Assembly: GCF_964355755.1 (NCBI RefSeq)
Contig: NC_092677.1
Location: 25,159,175 to 25,223,174, forward strand
Direction: 5' to 3'
Source: Antedon mediterranea
Taxonomy: Eukaryota; Animalia; Echinodermata
Length of the DNA stretch: 64,000 nucleotides
The notes beneath the pieces are model-generated. The model was not told the origin of the DNA, did no database searches, and saw only the letters and a program-made list of their open reading frames with translations. Shown here in pieces: positions 60,201 to 64,000 of the stretch; positions within the stretch are counted from its first letter, which is position 1; each line of letters begins with the position of its first letter. The position numbers and the translations under genes are program-made.

Positions 60201-63200
60201 AAGCAGTGAGTTAGGCAGAAAAACAAAACAAAAATTATGACTTAGACACTTTTGTTATGAGGCTGTCGATATCATCTATATACAAAAAATGCTACCTTTA
60301 AGTAACAAAATTTAATAGCATCAGCTCTTCAGATTAAAATTAACACTGATGGTTTTAGAATAGGAAAGTAGCAATAAAAGCGAAAGGATTTGTAACAAAT
60401 AGGTTAAAAAATATACTATAAAAATCTATTTCTTATTTTATTTTAAAAATCATGAGTCTCCTCTCCTAAATTGCAGAAATAGGCAGAAACACAAAAAAAA
60501 CGATCTGAGCATGTGCAAATGTATATAAAAGCACTCAGATAATGTACAGAGGACAGTATAATGATATAAGCAGTGAGTTAGGCAGATCATAAGTCAGATC
60601 TCCTTAATTGCCTAAGTCACACAGCTGACTTAGGCAGAAACACACAAAAATATAGTATATTGATATAATCAGTGAGTTAGGCAGAAAAACAAAAAAACAA
60701 ATTATGACTTAGACACTTTTGTTATGAGGCTGTCGATATCATCTATATACAAAAAATGCTACCTTTAAGTAACAAAATTTACAAGCATCAGCTCTTCAGA
60801 TTAAAATTAACACTGATGATTTTAGAAAAGGAAAATAGCAATAAAAGAGAAAGAATTAAAAAATCATGAGTCTCCTTTTCTTAATTGCCTAAGTCACACA
60901 GCTGACTTAGGCAGAAACACAAAAAACGATCTGAGTATGTGCAAATGTATATAAAAGCACTCAGATAATGTACAGAGAGCAGTATAATGATATAAGCAGT
61001 GAGTTAGGCAGATCATAAGTCAGCTCTCCTCAATTGCCTAAGTCACACTGCTGACTTAACACTGATGGTTTTAGAATAGGAAAGTAGCAATAAAAGCGAA
61101 AGAATTTGTAACAAATGGGTTAAAAAATATACTATAAAAATGTATTTCTTATTTTATTTTAAAAATCATGAGTCTCCTCTCCTTAATTGCCTAAGTCACA
61201 CAGCTGACTTAGTCAGAAAAACAAAAAAACGATCTGAGCATGTGCAAATGTATATAAAAGCACTCAGATAATGTACAGAGGACAGTATAATGATATAAGC
61301 AGTGAGTTAGGCAGATCATAAATCAGATCTCCTTAATTGCCTAAGTCACACAGCTGACTTAGGCAGAAACACACAAAAATATAGTATATTGATATAAGCA
61401 GTGAGTTAGGCAGAAAAACAAAAAACAAATTATGACTTAGACACTTTTGTTATGAGGCTGTCGATATCATCTATATACAAAAAATGCTACCTTTAAGTAA
61501 CAAAATTTACAAGCATCAGCTCTTCAGATTAAAATTAACACTGATGATTTTAGAAAAGGAAAATAGCAATAAAAGAGAAAGAATTAAAAAATCATGAGTC
61601 TCCTCTTCTTAATTGCCTAAGTCACACAGCTGACTTAGGCAGAAACACAAAAAACGATCTGAGTATGTGCAAATGTATATAAAAGCACTCAGATAATGTA
61701 CAGAGGGCAGTATAATGATATAAGCAGTGAGTTAGGCAGATCATAAGTCAGCTCTCTTTAATTGCCTAAGTCACACTGCTGACTTAGGCAGAAACACAAA
61801 AATGTAGTATATTGATATAAGCAGTGAGTTAGGCAGAAAAACAAAAAACAAATTATGACTTAGACACTTTTGTTATGAGGCGATTGATATCATCTATATA
61901 CAAAAAATGCTACCTTTAAGTAACAAAATTTAATAGCATCAGCTCTTCAGATTAAAATTAACACTGATGATTTTAGAAAAGGAAAGTAGCAATAAAAGAG
62001 AAAGAATTTGTAACAAATGGGTTAAAAAATATACTATAAAAATGTATTTCTTATTTTATTTAAAAAATCACGAGTCTCCTCTCCTTAATTGCCTAAGTCA
62101 CACAGCTGACTTAGGCAGAAACACAAAAAACGATCTGAGTATGTGCAAATGTATATAAAAGCACTCAGATAATGTACAGAGGGCAGTATATGATGAGCAG
62201 TGAGTTAGGCAGATCATAAGTCATCTCTCCTTAATTGCCTAAGTCACACTGCTGACTTAGGCAGAAACACAAAAAATGTAGTATATTGATATAAGCAGTG
62301 AGTTAGGCAGAAAAACAAAACAAAAATTATGACTTAGACACTTTTGTTATGAGGCTGTCGATATCATCTATATACAAAAAATGCTACCTTTAAGTAACAA
62401 AATTTAATAGCATCAGCTCTTCAGATTAAAATTAACACTGATGGTTTTAGAATAGGAAAGTAGCAATAAAAGCGAAAGAATTTGTAACAAATGGGTTAAA
62501 AAATATACTATAAAAACGTATTTCTTATTTTATTTTAAAAATCATGAGTCTCCTCTCCTTAATTGCCTAAGTCACACTGCTGACTTAGGCAGAAACACAA
62601 AAAAACGATCTGAGCATGTGCAAATGTACTCTATATAAAAGCACTCAGATAATGTACAGAGGACAGTATAATGATATAAGCAGTGAGTTAGGAAGATCAT
62701 AAGTCAGCTCTCCTTAATTGCCTAAGTCACACAGCTGACTTAGGCAGAAACACACAAAAATATAGTATATTGATATACTGTAAGCAGTGAGTTAGGCAGA
62801 AAAACAAAAAACAAATTATGACTTAGACACTTTTGTTATTAGGCTGTCGATATCATCTATATACAAAAAATGCTACCTTTAAGTAACAAAATTTACTAGC
62901 ATCAGCTCTTCAGATTAAAATTAACACTGATGATTTTAGAAAAGGAAAATAGCAATAAAAGAGAAAGAATTAAAAAATCATGAGTCTCCTTTTCTTAATT
63001 GCCTAAGTCACACAGCTGACTTAGGCAGAAACACAAAAAACGATCTGAGTATGTGAAAATGTATATAAAAGCACTCAGATAATGTACAGAGGGCAGTATA
63101 ATGATATAAGCAGTGAGTTAGGCAGATCATAAGTCAGCTCTTCTTAATTGCCTAAGTCACACTGCTGACTTAGGCAGAAACACAAAAAATGTAGTATATT

Positions 63201-64000
63201 GATATAAGCAGTTAGTTAGGCAGAAAAACAAAACAAAAATTATGACTTAAACACTTTTGTTATAAGGCTGTCGATATCATCTATATACAAAAAAATGCTA
63301 CCTTTAAGTAACAAAATGTAATAGCATCAGCACTTCAGATTAAAATTAACACTGATGGTTTTAGAATAGGAAAGTAGCAATAAAAGCGAAAGAATTTGTA
63401 ACAAATGGGTTAAAAAATATACTATAAAAATCTATTTCTTATTTTATTTTAAAAATCATGAGTCTCCTCTCCTTAATTGCCTAAGTCACACTGCTGACTT
63501 AGGCAGAAACACAAAAAAACGATCTGAGCATGTGCAAATGTATATAAAAGCACTCAGATAATGTACAGAGGACAGTATAATGATATAAGCAGTGAGTTAG
63601 GCAGATCATAAGTCAGATCTCCTTAATTGCCTAAGTCACACAGCTGACTTAGGCAGAAACACACAAAAATATAGTATATTGATATAATCAGTGAGTTAGG
63701 CAGAAAAACAAAAAAACAAATTATGACTTAGACACTTTTGTTATGAGGCTGTCGATATCATCTATATACAAAAAATGCTACCTTTAGGTAACAAAATTTA
63801 CAAGCATCAGCTCTTCAGATTAAAATTAACACTGATGATTTTAGAAAAGGAAAATAGCAATAAAAGAGAAAGAATTAAAAAATCATGAGTCTCCTTTTCT
63901 TAATTGCCTAAGTCACACAGCTGACTTAGGCAGAAACACAAAAAACGATCTGAGTATGTGAAAATGTATATAAAAGCACTCAGATAATGTACAGAGAGCA
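48245..64000. repeat. Satellite DNA array, monomers about 425 and 480 bp, about 35 copies, continuing past the window
   Basis: CATGAGTCTCC recurs at intervals of mostly 423-436 or 474-483 bp. Each monomer has two TGCCTAAGTCA-N6-TGACTTAGGCA hairpins. Confidence 0.98.

Noticed and set aside
49584-62158. Duplicated 63-aa ORF MILEKESS...
   Set aside because: It is a chance open frame in satellite monomers; most monomers have stops there.
48245-64000. TTAGGC as a telomeric repeat, GCA|GTGAGT as splice donors, and Maf-element similarity of TGCTGACTTAGGCA
   Set aside because: TTAGGC is never tandem, no matching acceptors or reading frame were found, and the match to MARE/ARE consensus is poor.

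Overview
AT-rich, intron-containing animal genomic DNA. It is probably an invertebrate deuterostome such as an echinoderm, inferred from the SINE and transposon types and not proven. Three spliced genes can be reconstructed with consistent GT-AG sites and exon phases. (1) A 6-exon, 526-aa His/Ser-rich gene on the minus strand (32407->22856) whose C-terminus matches the C16orf78/DUF4638 motif. (2) A 6-exon Rab22/Rab31-family GTPase on the minus strand (40870->36610). (3) Head-to-head with it, a 9-coding-exon TBC1D20 RabGAP on the plus strand (41605->46010). The first ~22 kb has no recognisable intact gene and holds MITEs, SINEs, LINE ends and decayed ORF-like sequence. Notable repeats are a 43-bp minisatellite filling an intron, a non-autonomous Helitron, tRNA- and 5S-derived Deu-domain SINEs, and a nested-palindrome foldback array. 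There is also a Penelope insertion whose inverted terminal repeats carry variant minimal hammerhead ribozymes, and a hairpin-bearing satellite of more than 15.7 kb with higher-order structure running off the window end. All family assignments come from remembered motifs; no database search was run.
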